From: Auanema rhodensis
Lineage: Eukaryota > Animalia > Nematoda
Assembly (NCBI GenBank): GCA_964057225.1
Contig: OZ059895.1
Location: 3,100,001 to 3,164,000, forward strand
Direction: 5' to 3'
DNA: 64,000 nt
Shown: positions 40,401 through 54,800 of the stretch, one piece after another
How the letters are laid out: every line of letters begins with the position of its first letter
Numbering within the stretch: the stretch's first letter is position 1
The notes under the pieces: generated by a model
Told to the model about the DNA's origin: nothing
Seen by the model: the letters and a program-made list of their open reading frames with translations, nothing else
Database searches by the model: none
Made by a program: the position numbers and the translations under genes

Positions 40401-42420
40401 TTGATTAAGAACTTTGATTTTTGTACACCCATAAATTATACGCAGCACAGGTTACCCTTAAATAATGAACTGACCGACTAATCAGACATGGATCTTTCCT
40501 AGTTCTGTTGCTTGAATGGATGTTTTCCTACGTAGGCTAGTAAAACATGCCCTTCAAAGCATCAGAACATGTGATCAAATTCCAATTTTTTTGTATCTAT
40601 CTTGTAAAGATAGTAATATATCATATGTTGAACACTATGTTGGAAAGATTTTCATTCAGATTTTTTAATTTTTATTCAGTTTGTTTTTTAAACTTTGATT
40701 AAGAACTTTGATTTTTGTACACCCATAAATTATACGCAGCACAGGTTACCCTTAAATAATGAACTGACCGACTAATCAGACATGGATCTTTCCAAGTTCT
40801 GTTGCTTGAACGGATGTTTTCCTACGAAGGCTAGTAAAACATGCCCTTCAAAGCATCAGAACATGTGATCAAATTCCAATTTTTTTGTATCTATCTTGTA
40901 AAGATAGTAATATATCATATGTTGAACACTATGTTGGAAAGATTTTAATTCAGATTTTCGAACTTTTATTCTGTTTGTTTTTTAAACTTTGATTAAGAAC
41001 TTTGATTTTTGTACACCCATAAGTTATACGCAGCACAGGTTACCCTTAATTAATGAACTGACCGACTAATCAGACATGGATCTTTCCAAGTTCTGTTGCT
41101 TGAACGGATGTTTTCCTACGAAGGCTAGTAAAACATGCCCTTCAAAGCATCAGAACATGTGATCAAATTCCAATTTTTTTGTATCTATCTTGTAAAGATA
41201 GTAATATATCATATGTTGAACACTATGTTGGAAAGATTTTAATTCAGATTTTCGAACTTTTATTCTGTTTGTTTTTTAAACTTTGATTAAGAACTTTGAT
41301 TTTTGTACACCCATAAGTTATACGCAGCACAGGTTACCCTTAATTAATGAACTGACCGACTAATCAGACATGGATCTTTCCTAGTTCTGTTGCTTGAATG
41401 GATGTTTTCCTACGTAGGCTAGTAAAACATGCCCTTCAAAGCATCAGAACATGTGATCAAATTCCAATTTTTTTGTATCTATCTTGTAAAGATAGTAATA
41501 TATCATATGTTGAACACTATGTTGGAAAGATTTTAATTCAGATTTTCGAACTTTTATTCTGTTTGTTTTTTAAACTTTGATTAAGAACTTTGATTTTTGT
41601 ACACCCATAAGTTATACGCAGCACAGGTTACCCTTAATTAATGAACTGACCGACTAATCAGACATGGATCTTTCCAAGTTCTGTTGCTTGAACGGATGTT
41701 TTCCTACGAAGGCTAGTAAAACATGCCCTTCAAAGCATCAGAACATGTGATCAAATTCCAATTTTTTTGTATCTATCTTGTAAAGATAGTAATATATCAT
41801 ATGTTGAACACTATGTTGGAAAGATTTTCATTCAGATTTTTTAATTTTTATTCAGTTTGTTTTTTAAACTTTGATTAAGAACTTTGATTTTTGTACACCC
41901 ATAAATTATACGCAGCACAGGTTACCCTTAAATAATGAACTGACCGACTAATCAGACATGGATCTTTCCTAGTTCTGTTGCTTGAATGGATGTTTTCCTA
42001 CGTAGGCTAGTAAAACATGCCCTTCAAAGCATCAGAACATGTGATCAAATTCCAATTTTTTTGTATCTATCTTGTAAAGATAGTAATATATCATATGTTG
42101 AACACTATGTTGGAAAGATTTTCATTCAGATTTTTTAATTTTTATTCAGTTTGTTTTTTAAACTTTGATTAAGAACTTTGATTTTTGTACACCCATAAAT
42201 TATACGCAGCACAGGTTACCCTTAATTAATGAACTGACCGACTAATCAGACATGGATCTTCCCAAGTTCTGTTGCTTGAATGGATGTTTTCCTACGTAGG
42301 CTAGTAAAACATGCCCTTCAAAGCATCAGAACATGTGATCAAATTCCAATTTTTTTGTATCTATCTTGTAAAGATAGTAATATATCATATGTTGAACACT
42401 ATGTTGGAAAGATTTTAATT
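37470..42420 (+). repeat. 2352-bp 8-mer tandem duplication
   Basis: ORF pairs 37576>39928 and 39046>41398 are both 2352 apart with the same variant order; boundaries approximate. Confidence 0.85.
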
Positions 42421-45400
42421 CAGATTTTCTAACTTTTATTCAGTTTGTTTTTTAAACTTTGATTAAGAACTTTGATTTTTGTACACCCATAAATTATACG
42501 CAGCACAGGTTACCCTTAAATAATGAACTGACCGACTAATCAGACATGGATCTTTCCTAGTTCTGTTGCTTGAATGGATGTTTTCCTACGTAGGCTAGTA
42601 AAACATGCCCTTCAAAGCATCAGAACATGTGATCAAATTCCAATTTTTTTGTATCTATCTTGTAAAGATAGTAATATATCATATGTTGAACACTATGTTG
42701 GAAAGATTTTAATTCAGATTTTCGAACTTTTATTCTGTTTGTTTTTTAAACTTTGATTAAGAACTTTGATTTTTGTACACCCATAAGTTATACGCAGCAC
42801 AGGTTACCCTTAATTAATGAACTGACCGACTAATCAGACATGGATCTTTCCAAGTTCTGTTGCTTGAACGGATGTTTTCCTACGAAGGCTAGTAAAACAT
42901 GCCCTTCAAAGCATCAGAACATGTGATCAAATTCCAATTTTTTTGTATCTATCTTGTAAAGATAGTAATATATCATATGTTGAACACTATGTTGGAAAGA
43001 TTTTCATTCAGATTTTTTAATTTTTATTCAGTTTGTTTTTTAAACTTTGATTAAGAACTTTGATTTTTGTACACCCATAAATTATACGCAGCACAGGTTA
43101 CCCTTAAATAATGAACTGACCGACTAATCAGACATGGATCTTTCCTAGTTCTGTTGCTTGAATGGATGTTTTCCTACGTAGGCTAGTAAAACATGCCCTT
43201 CAAAGCATCAGAACATGTGATCAAATTCCAATTTTTTTGTATCTATCTTGTAAAGATAGTAATATATCATATGTTGAACACTATGTTGGAAAGATTTTCA
43301 TTCAGATTTTTAAATTTTTATTCAGTTTGTTTTTTAAACTTTGATTAAGAACTTTGATTTTTGTACACCCATAAATTATACGCAGCACAGGTTACCCTTA
43401 ATTAATGAACTGACCGACTAATCAGACATGGATCTTCCCAAGTTCTGTTGCTTGAATGGATGTTTTCCTACGTAGGCTAGTAAAACATGCCCTTCAAAGC
43501 ATCAGAACATGTGATCAAATTCCAATTTTTTTGTATCTATCTTGTAAAGATAGTAATATATCATATGTTGAACACTATGTTGGAAAGATTTTAATTCAGA
43601 TTTTCTAACTTTTATTCAGTTTGTTTTTTAAACTTTGATTAAGAACTTTGATTTTTGTACACCCATAAATTATACGCAGCACAGGTTACCCTTAAATAAT
43701 GAACTGACCGACTAATCAGACATGGATCTTTCCTAGTTCTGTTGCTTGAATGGATGTTTTCCTACGTAGGCTAGTAAAACATGCCCTTCAAAGCATCAGA
43801 ACATGTGATCAAATTCCAATTTTTTTGTATCTATCTTGTAAAGATAGTAATATATCATATGTTGAACACTATGTTGGAAAGATTTTAATTCAGATTTTCG
43901 AACTTTTATTCTGTTTGTTTTTTAAACTTTGATTAAGAACTTTGATTTTTGTACACCCATAAGTTATACGCAGCACAGGTTACCCTTAATTAATGAACTG
44001 ACCGACTAATCAGACATGGATCTTTCCAAGTTCTGTTGCTTGAACGGATGTTTTCCTACGAAGGCTAGTAAAACATGCCCTTCAAAGCATCAGAACATGT
44101 GATCAAATTCCAATTTTTTTGTATCTATCTTGTAAAGATAGTAATATATCATATGTTGAACACTATGTTGGAAAGATTTTCATTCAGATTTTTAAATTTT
44201 TATTCAGTTTGTTTTTTAAACTTTGATTAAGAACTTTGATTTTTGTACACCCATAAATTATACGCAGCACAGGTTACCCTTAAATAATGAACTGACCGAC
44301 TAATCAGACATGGATCTTTCCTAGTTCTGTTGCTTGAATGGATGTTTTCCTACGTAGGCTAGTAAAACATGCCCTTCAAAGCATCAGAACATGTGATCAA
44401 ATTCCAATTTTTTTGTATCTATCTTGTAAAGATAGTAATATATCATATGTTGAACACTATGTTGGAAAGATTTTCATTCAGATTTTTTAATTTTTATTCA
44501 GTTTGTTTTTCAAACTTTGATTAAGAACTTTGATTTTTGTACACCCATAAATTATACGCAGCACAGGTTACCCTTAAATAATGAACTGACCGACTAATCA
44601 GACATGGATCTTTCCAAGTTCTGTTGCTTGAACGGATGTTTTCCTACGAAGGCTAGTAAAACATGCCCTTCAAAGCATCAGAACATGTGATCAAATTCCA
44701 ATTTTTTTGTATCTATCTTGTAAAGATAGTAATATATCATATGTTGAACACTATGTTGGAAAGATTTTCATTCAGATTTTTTAATTTTTATTCAGTTTGT
44801 TTTTTAAACTTTGATTAAGAACTTTGATTTTTGTACACCCATAAATTATACGCAGCACAGGTTACCCTTAAATAATGAACTGACCGACTAATCAGACATG
44901 GATCTTTCCTAGTTCTGTTGCTTGAATGGATGTTTTCCTACGTAGGCTAGTAAAACATGCCCTTCAAAGCATCAGAACATGTGATCAAATTCCAATTTTT
45001 TTGTATCTATCTTGTAAAGATAGTAATATATCATATGTTGAACACTATGTTGGAAAGATTTTCATTCAGATTTTTTAATTTTTATTCAGTTTGTTTTTTA
45101 AACTTTGATTAAGAACTTTGATTTTTGTACACCCATAAATTATACGCAGCACAGGTTACCCTTAAATAATGAACTGACCGACTAATCAGACATGGATCTT
45201 TCCAAGTTCTGTTGCTTGAACGGATGTTTTCCTACGTAGGCTAGTAAAACATGCCCTTCAAAGCATCAGAACATGTGATCACATTCCAATATTTTTGTAT
45301 CTATCTTGTAAAGATAGTAATATATCATATGTTGAACACTATGTTGGAAAGATTTTAATTCAGATTTTCTAACTTTTATTCAGTTTGTTTTTTAAACTTT

Positions 45401-48400
45401 GATTAAGAACTTTGATTTTTGTACACCCATAAATTATACGCAGCACAGGTTACCCTTAAATAATGAACTGACCGACTAATCAGACATGGATCTTTCCTAG
45501 TTCTGTTGCTTGAATGGATGTTTTCCTACGTAGGCTAGTAAAACATGCCCTTCAAAGCATCAGAACATGTGATCAAATTCCAATTTTTTTGTATCTATCT
45601 TGTAAAGATAGTAATATATCATATGTTGAACACTATGTTGGAAAGATTTTAATTCAGATTTTCGAACTTTTATTCTGTTTGTTTTTTAAACTTTGATTAA
45701 GAACTTTGATTTTTGTACACCCATAAGTTATACGCAGCACAGGTTACCCTTAATTAATGAACTGACCGACTAATCAGACATGGATCTTTCCAAGTTCTGT
45801 TGCTTGAACGGATGTTTTCCTACGAAGGCTAGTAAAACATGCCCTTCAAAGCATCAGAACATGTGATCAAATTCCAATTTTTTTGTATCTATCTTGTAAA
45901 GATAGTAATATATCATATGTTGAACACTATGTTGGAAAGATTTTCATTCAGATTTTTTAATTTTTATTCAGTTTGTTTTTTAAACTTTGATTAAGAACTT
46001 TGATTTTTGTACACCCATAAATTATACGCAGCACAGGTTACCCTTAAATAATGAACTGACCGACTAATCAGACATGGATCTTTCCTAGTTCTGTTGCTTG
46101 AATGGATGTTTTCCTACGTAGGCTAGTAAAACATGCCCTTCAAAGCATCAGAACATGTGATCAAATTCCAATTTTTTTGTATCTATCTTGTAAAGATAGT
46201 AATATATCATATGTTGAACACTATGTTGGAAAGATTTTCATTCAGATTTTTTAATTTTTATTCAGTTTGTTTTTTAAACTTTGATTAAGAACTTTGATTT
46301 TTGTACACCCATAAATTATACGCAGCACAGGTTACCCTTAATTAATGAACTGACCGACTAATCAGACATGGATCTTCCCAAGTTCTGTTGCTTGAATGGA
46401 TGTTTTCCTACGTAGGCTAGTAAAACATGCCCTTCAAAGCATCAGAACATGTGATCAAATTCCAATTTTTTTGTATCTATCTTGTAAAGATAGTAATATA
46501 TCATATGTTGAACACTATGTTGGAAAGATTTTAATTCAGATTTTCTAACTTTTATTCAGTTTGTTTTTTAAACTTTGATTAAGAACTTTGATTTTTGTAC
46601 ACCCATAAATTATACGCAGCACAGGTTACCCTTAAATAATGAACTGACCGACTAATCAGACATGGATCTTTCCTAGTTCTGTTGCTTGAATGGATGTTTT
46701 CCTACGTAGGCTAGTAAAACATGCCCTTCAAAGCATCAGAACATGTGATCAAATTCCAATTTTTTTGTATCTATCTTGTAAAGATAGTAATATATCATAT
46801 GTTGAACACTATGTTGGAAAGATTTTAATTCAGATTTTCGAACTTTTATTCTGTTTGTTTTTTAAACTTTGATTAAGAACTTTGATTTTTGTACACCCAT
46901 AAGTTATACGCAGCACAGGTTACCCTTAATTAATGAACTGACCGACTAATCAGACATGGATCTTTCCAAGTTCTGTTGCTTGAACGGATGTTTTCCTACG
47001 AAGGCTAGTAAAACATGCCCTTCAAAGCATCAGAACATGTGATCAAATTCCAATTTTTTTGTATCTATCTTGTAAAGATAGTAATATATCATATGTTGAA
47101 CACTATGTTGGAAAGATTTTCATTCAGATTTTTTAATTTTTATTCAGTTTGTTTTTTAAACTTTGATTAAGAACTTTGATTTTTGTACACCCATAAATTA
47201 TACGCAGCACAGGTTACCCTTAAATAATGAACTGACCGACTAATCAGACATGGATCTTTCCTAGTTCTGTTGCTTGAATGGATGTTTTCCTACGTAGGCT
47301 AGTAAAACATGCCCTTCAAAGCATCAGAACATGTGATCAAATTCCAATTTTTTTGTATCTATCTTGTAAAGATAGTAATATATCATATGTTGAACACTAT
47401 GTTGGAAAGATTTTCATTCAGATTTTTTAATTTTTATTCAGTTTGTTTTTTAAACTTTGATTAAGAACTTTGATTTTTGTACACCCATAAATTATACGCA
47501 GCACAGGTTACCCTTAATTAATGAACTGACCGACTAATCAGACATGGATCTTCCCAAGTTCTGTTGCTTGAATGGATGTTTTCCTACGTAGGCTAGTAAA
47601 ACATGCCCTTCAAAGCATCAGAACATGTGATCAAATTCCAATTTTTTTGTATCTATCTTGTAAAGATAGTAATATATCATATGTTGAACACTATGTTGGA
47701 AAGATTTTAATTCAGATTTTCTAACTTTTATTCAGTTTGTTTTTTAAACTTTGATTAAGAACTTTGATTTTTGTACACCCATAAATTATACGCAGCACAG
47801 GTTACCCTTAAATAATGAACTGACCGACTAATCAGACATGGATCTTTCCTAGTTCTGTTGCTTGAATGGATGTTTTCCTACGTAGGCTAGTAAAACATGC
47901 CCTTCAAAGCATCAGAACATGTGATCAAATTCCAATTTTTTTGTATCTATCTTGTAAAGATAGTAATATATCATATGTTGAACACTATGTTGGAAAGATT
48001 TTAATTCAGATTTTCGAACTTTTATTCTGTTTGTTTTTTAAACTTTGATTAAGAACTTTGATTTTTGTACACCCATAAGTTATACGCAGCACAGGTTACC
48101 CTTAATTAATGAACTGACCGACTAATCAGACATGGATCTTTCCAAGTTCTGTTGCTTGAACGGATGTTTTCCTACGAAGGCTAGTAAAACATGCCCTTCA
48201 AAGCATCAGAACATGTGATCAAATTCCAATTTTTTTGTATCTATCTTGTAAAGATAGTAATATATCATATGTTGAACACTATGTTGGAAAGATTTTCATT
48301 CAGATTTTTAAATTTTTATTCAGTTTGTTTTTTAAACTTTGATTAAGAACTTTGATTTTTGTACACCCATAAATTATACGCAGCACAGGTTACCCTTAAA

Positions 48401-48641
48401 TAATGAACTGACCGACTAATCAGACATGGATCTTTCCTAGTTCTGTTGCTTGAATGGATGTTTTCCTACGTAGGCTAGTAAAACATGCCCTTCAAAGCAT
48501 CAGAACATGTGATCAAATTCCAATTTTTTTGTATCTATCTTGTAAAGATAGTAATATATCATATGTTGAACACTATGTTGGAAAGATTTTCATTCAGATT
48601 TTTTAATTTTTATTCAGTTTGTTTTTTAAACTTTGATTAAG
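41292..48641 (+). repeat. 1176-bp 4-mer HOR runs, themselves repeated at +4116 (14-mer)
   Basis: ORFs at 41398/42574/43750 and 45514/46690/47866; the rare TTTTTAAATTTT variant occurs at 44194 and 48310 (+4116). Confidence 0.8.
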
Positions 48642-48935
48642 AACTTTGATTTTTGTACACCCATAAATTATATGCAGCACAGGTTACCCTTAAATAATGA
48701 ACTGACCGACTAATCAGACATGGATCTTTCCAAGTTCTGTTGCTTGAACGGATGTTTTCCTACGTAGGCTAGTAAAACATGCCCTTCAAAGCATCAGAAC
48801 ATGTGATCAAATTCCAATTTTTTTGTATCTATCTTGTAAAGATAGTAATATATCATATGTTGAACACTATGTTGGAAAGATTTTCATTCAGATTTTTTAA
48901 TTTTTATTCAGTTTGTTTTTTAAACTTTGATTAAG

Positions 48936-51875
48936 AACTTTGATTTTTGTACACCCATAAATTATACGCAGCACAGGTTACCCTTAAATAATGAACTGAC
49001 CGACTAATCAGACATGGATCTTTCCTAGTTCTGTTGCTTGAATGGATGTTTTCCTACGTAGGCTAGTAAAACATGCCCTTCAAAGCATCAGAACATGTGA
49101 TCAAATTCCAATTTTTTTGTATCTATCTTGTAAAGATAGTAATATATCATATGTTGAACACTATGTTGGAAAGATTTTCATTCAGATTTTTTAATTTTTA
49201 TTCAGTTTGTTTTTTAAACTTTGATTAAGAACTTTGATTTTTGTACACCCATAAATTATACGCAGCACAGGTTACCCTTAATTAATGAACTGACCGACTA
49301 ATCAGACATGGATCTTTCCAAGTTCTGTTGCTTGAACGGATGTTTTCCTACGAAGGCTAGTAAAACATGCCCTTCAAAGCATCAGAACATGTGATCAAAT
49401 TCCAATTTTTTTGTATCTATCTTGTAAAGATAGTAATATATCATATGTTGAACACTATGTTGGAAAGATTTTCATTCAGATTTTTTAATTTTTATTCTGT
49501 TTGTTTTTTAAACTTTGATTAAGAACTTTGATTTTTGTACACCCATAAGTTATACGCAGCACAGGTTACCCTTAATTAATGAACTGACCGACTAATCAGA
49601 CATGGATCTTTCCAAGTTCTGTTGCTTGAACGGATGTTTTCCTACGAAGGCTAGTAAAACATGCCCTTCAAAGCATCAGAACATGTGATCGAATTCCAAT
49701 TTTTTTGTATCTATCTTGTAAATATAGTAATATATCATATGTTGAACACTATGTTGGAAAGATTTTCATTCAGATTTTTTAATTTTTATTCAGTTTGTTT
49801 TTTAAACTTTGATTAAGAACTTTGATTTTTGTACACCCATAAATTATACGCAGCACAGGTTACCCTTAAATAATGAACTGACCGACTAATCAGACATGGA
49901 TCTTTCCTAGTTCTGTTGCTTGAATGGATGTTTTCCTACGTAGGCTAGTAAAACATGCCCTTCAAAGCATCAGAACATGTGATCAAATTCCAATTTTTTT
50001 GTATCTATCTTGTAAAGATAGTAATATATCATATGTTGAACACTATGTTGGAAAGATTTTCATTCAGATTTTTTAATTTTTATTCAGTTTGTTTTTTAAA
50101 CTTTGATTAAGAACTTTGATTTTTGTACACCCATAAATTATACGCAGCACAGGTTACCCTTAAATAATGAACTGACCGACTAATCAGACATGGATCTTTC
50201 CAAGTTCTGTTGCTTGAACGGATGTTTTCCTACGTAGGCTAGTAAAACATGCCCTTCAAAGCATCAGAACATGTGATCACATTCCAATATTTTTGTATCT
50301 ATCTTGTAAAGATAGTAATATATCATATGTTGAACACTATGTTGGAAAGATTTTAATTCAGATTTTCTAACTTTTATTCAGTTTGTTTTTTAAACTTTGA
50401 TTAAGAACTTTGATTTTTGTACACCCATAAATTATACGCAGCACAGGTTACCCTTAAATAATGAACTGACCGACTAATCAGACATGGATCTTTCCTAGTT
50501 CTGTTGCTTGAATGGATGTTTTCCTACGTAGGCTAGTAAAACATGCCCTTCAAAGCATCAGAACATGTGATCAAATTCCAATTTTTTTGTATCTATCTTG
50601 TAAAGATAGTAATATATCATATGTTGAACACTATGTTGGAAAGATTTTCATTCAGATTTTTTAATTTTTATTCAGTTTGTTTTTTAAACTTTGATTAAGA
50701 ACTTTGATTTTTGTACACCCATAAATTATACGCAGCACAGGTTACCCTTAATTAATGAACTGACCGACTAATCAGACATGGATCTTTCCAAGTTCTGTTG
50801 CTTGAACGGATGTTTTCCTACGAAGGCTAGTAAAACATGCCCTTCAAAGCATCAGAACATGTGATCAAATTCCAATTTTTTTGTATCTATCTTGTAAAGA
50901 TAGTAATATATCATATGTTGAACACTATGTTGGAAAGATTTTCATTCAGATTTTTTAATTTTTATTCTGTTTGTTTTTTAAACTTTGATTAAGAACTTTG
51001 ATTTTTGTACACCCATAAGTTATACGCAGCACAGGTTACCCTTAATTAATGAACTGACCGACTAATCAGACATGGATCTTTCCAAGTTCTGTTGCTTGAA
51101 CGGATGTTTTCCTACGAAGGCTAGTAAAACATGCCCTTCAAAGCATCAGAACATGTGATCGAATTCCAATTTTTTTGTATCTATCTTGTAAATATAGTAA
51201 TATATCATATGTTGAACACTATGTTGGAAAGATTTTCATTCAGATTTTTTAATTTTTATTCAGTTTGTTTTTTAAACTTTGATTAAGAACTTTGATTTTT
51301 GTACACCCATAAATTATACGCAGCACAGGTTACCCTTAAATAATGAACTGACCGACTAATCAGACATGGATCTTTCCTAGTTCTGTTGCTTGAATGGATG
51401 TTTTCCTACGTAGGCTAGTAAAACATGCCCTTCAAAGCATCAGAACATGTGATCAAATTCCAATTTTTTTGTATCTATCTTGTAAAGATAGTAATATATC
51501 ATATGTTGAACACTATGTTGGAAAGATTTTCATTCAGATTTTTTAATTTTTATTCAGTTTGTTTTTTAAACTTTGATTAAGAACTTTGATTTTTGTACAC
51601 CCATAAATTATACGCAGCACAGGTTACCCTTAAATAATGAACTGACCGACTAATCAGACATGGATCTTTCCAAGTTCTGTTGCTTGAACGGATGTTTTCC
51701 TACGTAGGCTAGTAAAACATGCCCTTCAAAGCATCAGAACATGTGATCACATTCCAATATTTTTGTATCTATCTTGTAAAGATAGTAATATATCATATGT
51801 TGAACACTATGTTGGAAAGATTTTAATTCAGATTTTCTAACTTTTATTCAGTTTGTTTTTTAAACTTTGATTAAG
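48936..51875 (+). repeat. 1470-bp 5-mer tandem duplication
   Basis: The linked rare variants GATCGAATTC + TAAATATAG occur at 49691 and 51161 (+1470). Confidence 0.88.
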
Positions 51876-54800
51876 AACTTTGATTTTTGTACACCCATAA
51901 ATTATACGCAGCACAGGTTACCCTTAAATAATGAACTGACCAACTAATCAGACATGGATTTTTTTTCTAGTTCTGTTGCTTGAATGGATGTTTTCCTACG
52001 TAGGCTAGTAAAACATGCCCTTCAAAGCATCAGAACATGTGATCAAATTCCAATTTTTTTGTATCTATCTTGTAAAGATAGTAATATATCATATGTTGAA
52101 CACTATGTTGGAAAGATTTTAATTCAGATTTTCGAACTTTTATTCTGTTTGTTTTTTAAACTTTGATTAAGAACTTTGATTTTTGTACACCCATAAGTTA
52201 TACGCAGCACAGGTTACCCTTAATTAATGAACTGACCGACTAATCAGACATGGATCTTTCCAAGTTCTGTTGCTTGAACGGATGTTTTCCTACGAAGGCT
52301 AGTAAAACATGCCCTTCAAAGCATCAGAACATGTGATCAAATTCCAATTTTTTTGTATCTATCTTGTAAAGATAGTAATATATCATATGTTGAACACTAT
52401 GATGGAAAGATTTTCATTCAGATTTTTTAATTTTTATTCAGTTTGTTTTTTAAACTTTGATTAAGAACTTTGATTTTTGTACACCCATAAATTATACGCA
52501 GCACAGGTTACCCTTAAATAATGAACTGACCAACTAATCAGACATGGATCTTTCCTAGTTCTGTTGCTTGAATGGATGTTTTCCTACGTAGGCTAGTAAA
52601 ACATGCCCTTCAAAGCATCAGAACATGTGATCAAATTCCAATTTTTTTGTATCTATCTTGTAAAGATAGTAATATATCATATGTTGAACACTATGTTGGA
52701 AAGATTTTAATTCAGATTTTCGAACTTTTATTCTGTTTGTTTTTTAAACTTTGATTAAGAACTTTGATTTTTGTACACCCATAAGTTATACGCAGCACAG
52801 GTTACCCTTAATTAATGAACTGACCGACTAATCAGACATGGATCTTTCCAAGTTCTGTTGCTTGAACGGATGTTTTCCTACGAAGGCTAGTAAAACATGC
52901 CCTTCAAAGCATCAGAACATGTGATCAAATTCCAATTTTTTTGTATCTATCTTGTAAAGATAGTAATATATCATATGTTGAACACTATGTTGGAAAGATT
53001 TTCATTCAGATTTTTTAATTTTTATTCAGTTTGTTTTTTAAACTTTGATTAAGAACTTTGATTTTTGTACACCCATAAATTATACGCAGCACAGGTTACC
53101 CTTAAATAATGAACTGACCGACTAATCAGACATGGATCTTTCCAAGTTCTGTTGCTTGAACGGATGTTTTCCTACGTAGGCTAGTAAAACATGCCCTTCA
53201 AAGCATCAGAACATGTGATCACATTCCAATATTTTTGTATCTATCTTGTAAAGATAGTAATATATCATATGTTGAACACTATGTTGGAAAGATTTTAATT
53301 CAGATTTTCTAACTTTTATTCAGTTTGTTTTTTAAACTTTGATTAAGAACTTTGATTTTTGTACACCCATAAATTATACGCAGCACAGGTTACCCTTAAA
53401 TAATGAACTGACCGACTAATCAGACATGGATCTTTCCTAGTTCTGTTGCTTGAATGGATGTTTTCCTACGTAGGCTAGTAAAACATGCCCTTCAAAGCAT
53501 CAGAACATGTGATCAAATTCCAATTTTTTTGTATCTATCTTGTAAAGATAGTAATATATCATATGTTGAACACTATGTTGGAAAGATTTTAATTCAGATT
53601 TTCGAACTTTTATTCTGTTTGTTTTTTAAACTTTGATTAAGAACTTTGATTTTTGTACACCCATAAGTTATACGCAGCACAGGTTACCCTTAATTAATGA
53701 ACTGACCGACTAATCAGACATGGATCTTTCCAAGTTCTGTTGCTTGAACGGATGTTTTCCTACGAAGGCTAGTAAAACATGCCCTTCAAAGCATCAGAAC
53801 ATGTGATCGAATTCCAATTTTTTTGTATCTATCTTGTAAAGATAGTAATATATCATATGTTGAACACTATGTTGGAAAGATTTTCATTCAGATTTTTTAA
53901 TTTTTATTCAGTTTGTTTTTTAAACTTTGATTAAGAACTTTGATTTTTGTACACCCATAAATTATACGCAGCACAGGTTACCCTTAAATAATGAACTGAC
54001 CGACTAATCAGACATGGATCTTTCCTAGTTCTGTTGCTTGAATGGATGTTTTCCTACGTAGGCTAGTAAAACATGCCCTTCAAAGCATCAGAACATGTGA
54101 TCAAATTCCAATTTTTTTGTATCTATCTTGTAAAGATAGTAATATATCATATGTTGAACACTATGTTGGAAAGATTTTAATTCAGATTTTCTAACTTTTA
54201 TTCAGTTTGTTTTTTCAACTTTGATTAAGAACTTTGATTTTTGTACACCCATAAATTATACGCAGCACAGGTTACCCTTAAATAATGAACTGACCGACTA
54301 ATCAGACATGGATCTTTCCAAGTTCTGTTGCTTGAACGGATGTTTTCCTACGTAGGCTAGTAAAACATGCCCTTCAAAGCATCAGAACATGTGATCACAT
54401 TCCAATATTTTTGTATCTATCTTGTAAAGATAGTAATATATCATATGTTGAACACTATGTTGGAAAGATTTTAATTCAGATTTTCGAACTTTTATTCTGT
54501 TTGTTTTTTAAACTTTGATTAAGAACTTTGATTTTTGTACACCCATAAGTTATACGCAGCACAGGTTACCCTTAATTAATGAACTGACCGACTAATCAGA
54601 CATGGATCTTTCCAAGTTCTGTTGCTTGAACGGATGTTTTCCTACGAAGGCTAGTAAAACATGCCCTTCAAAGCATCAGAACATGTGATCAAATTCCAAT
54701 TTTTTTGTATCTATCTTGTAAAGATAGTAATATATCATATGTTGAACACTATGTTGGAAAGATTTTCATTCAGATTTTTTAATTTTTATTCAGTTTGTTT

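Noticed and set aside
51955-51970. +2-bp T-run variant GGATTTTTTTTCTAG
   Set aside because: It is a singleton homopolymer change absent from the duplicate copy at ~59310, so it may be slippage or consensus error and is not interpretable.
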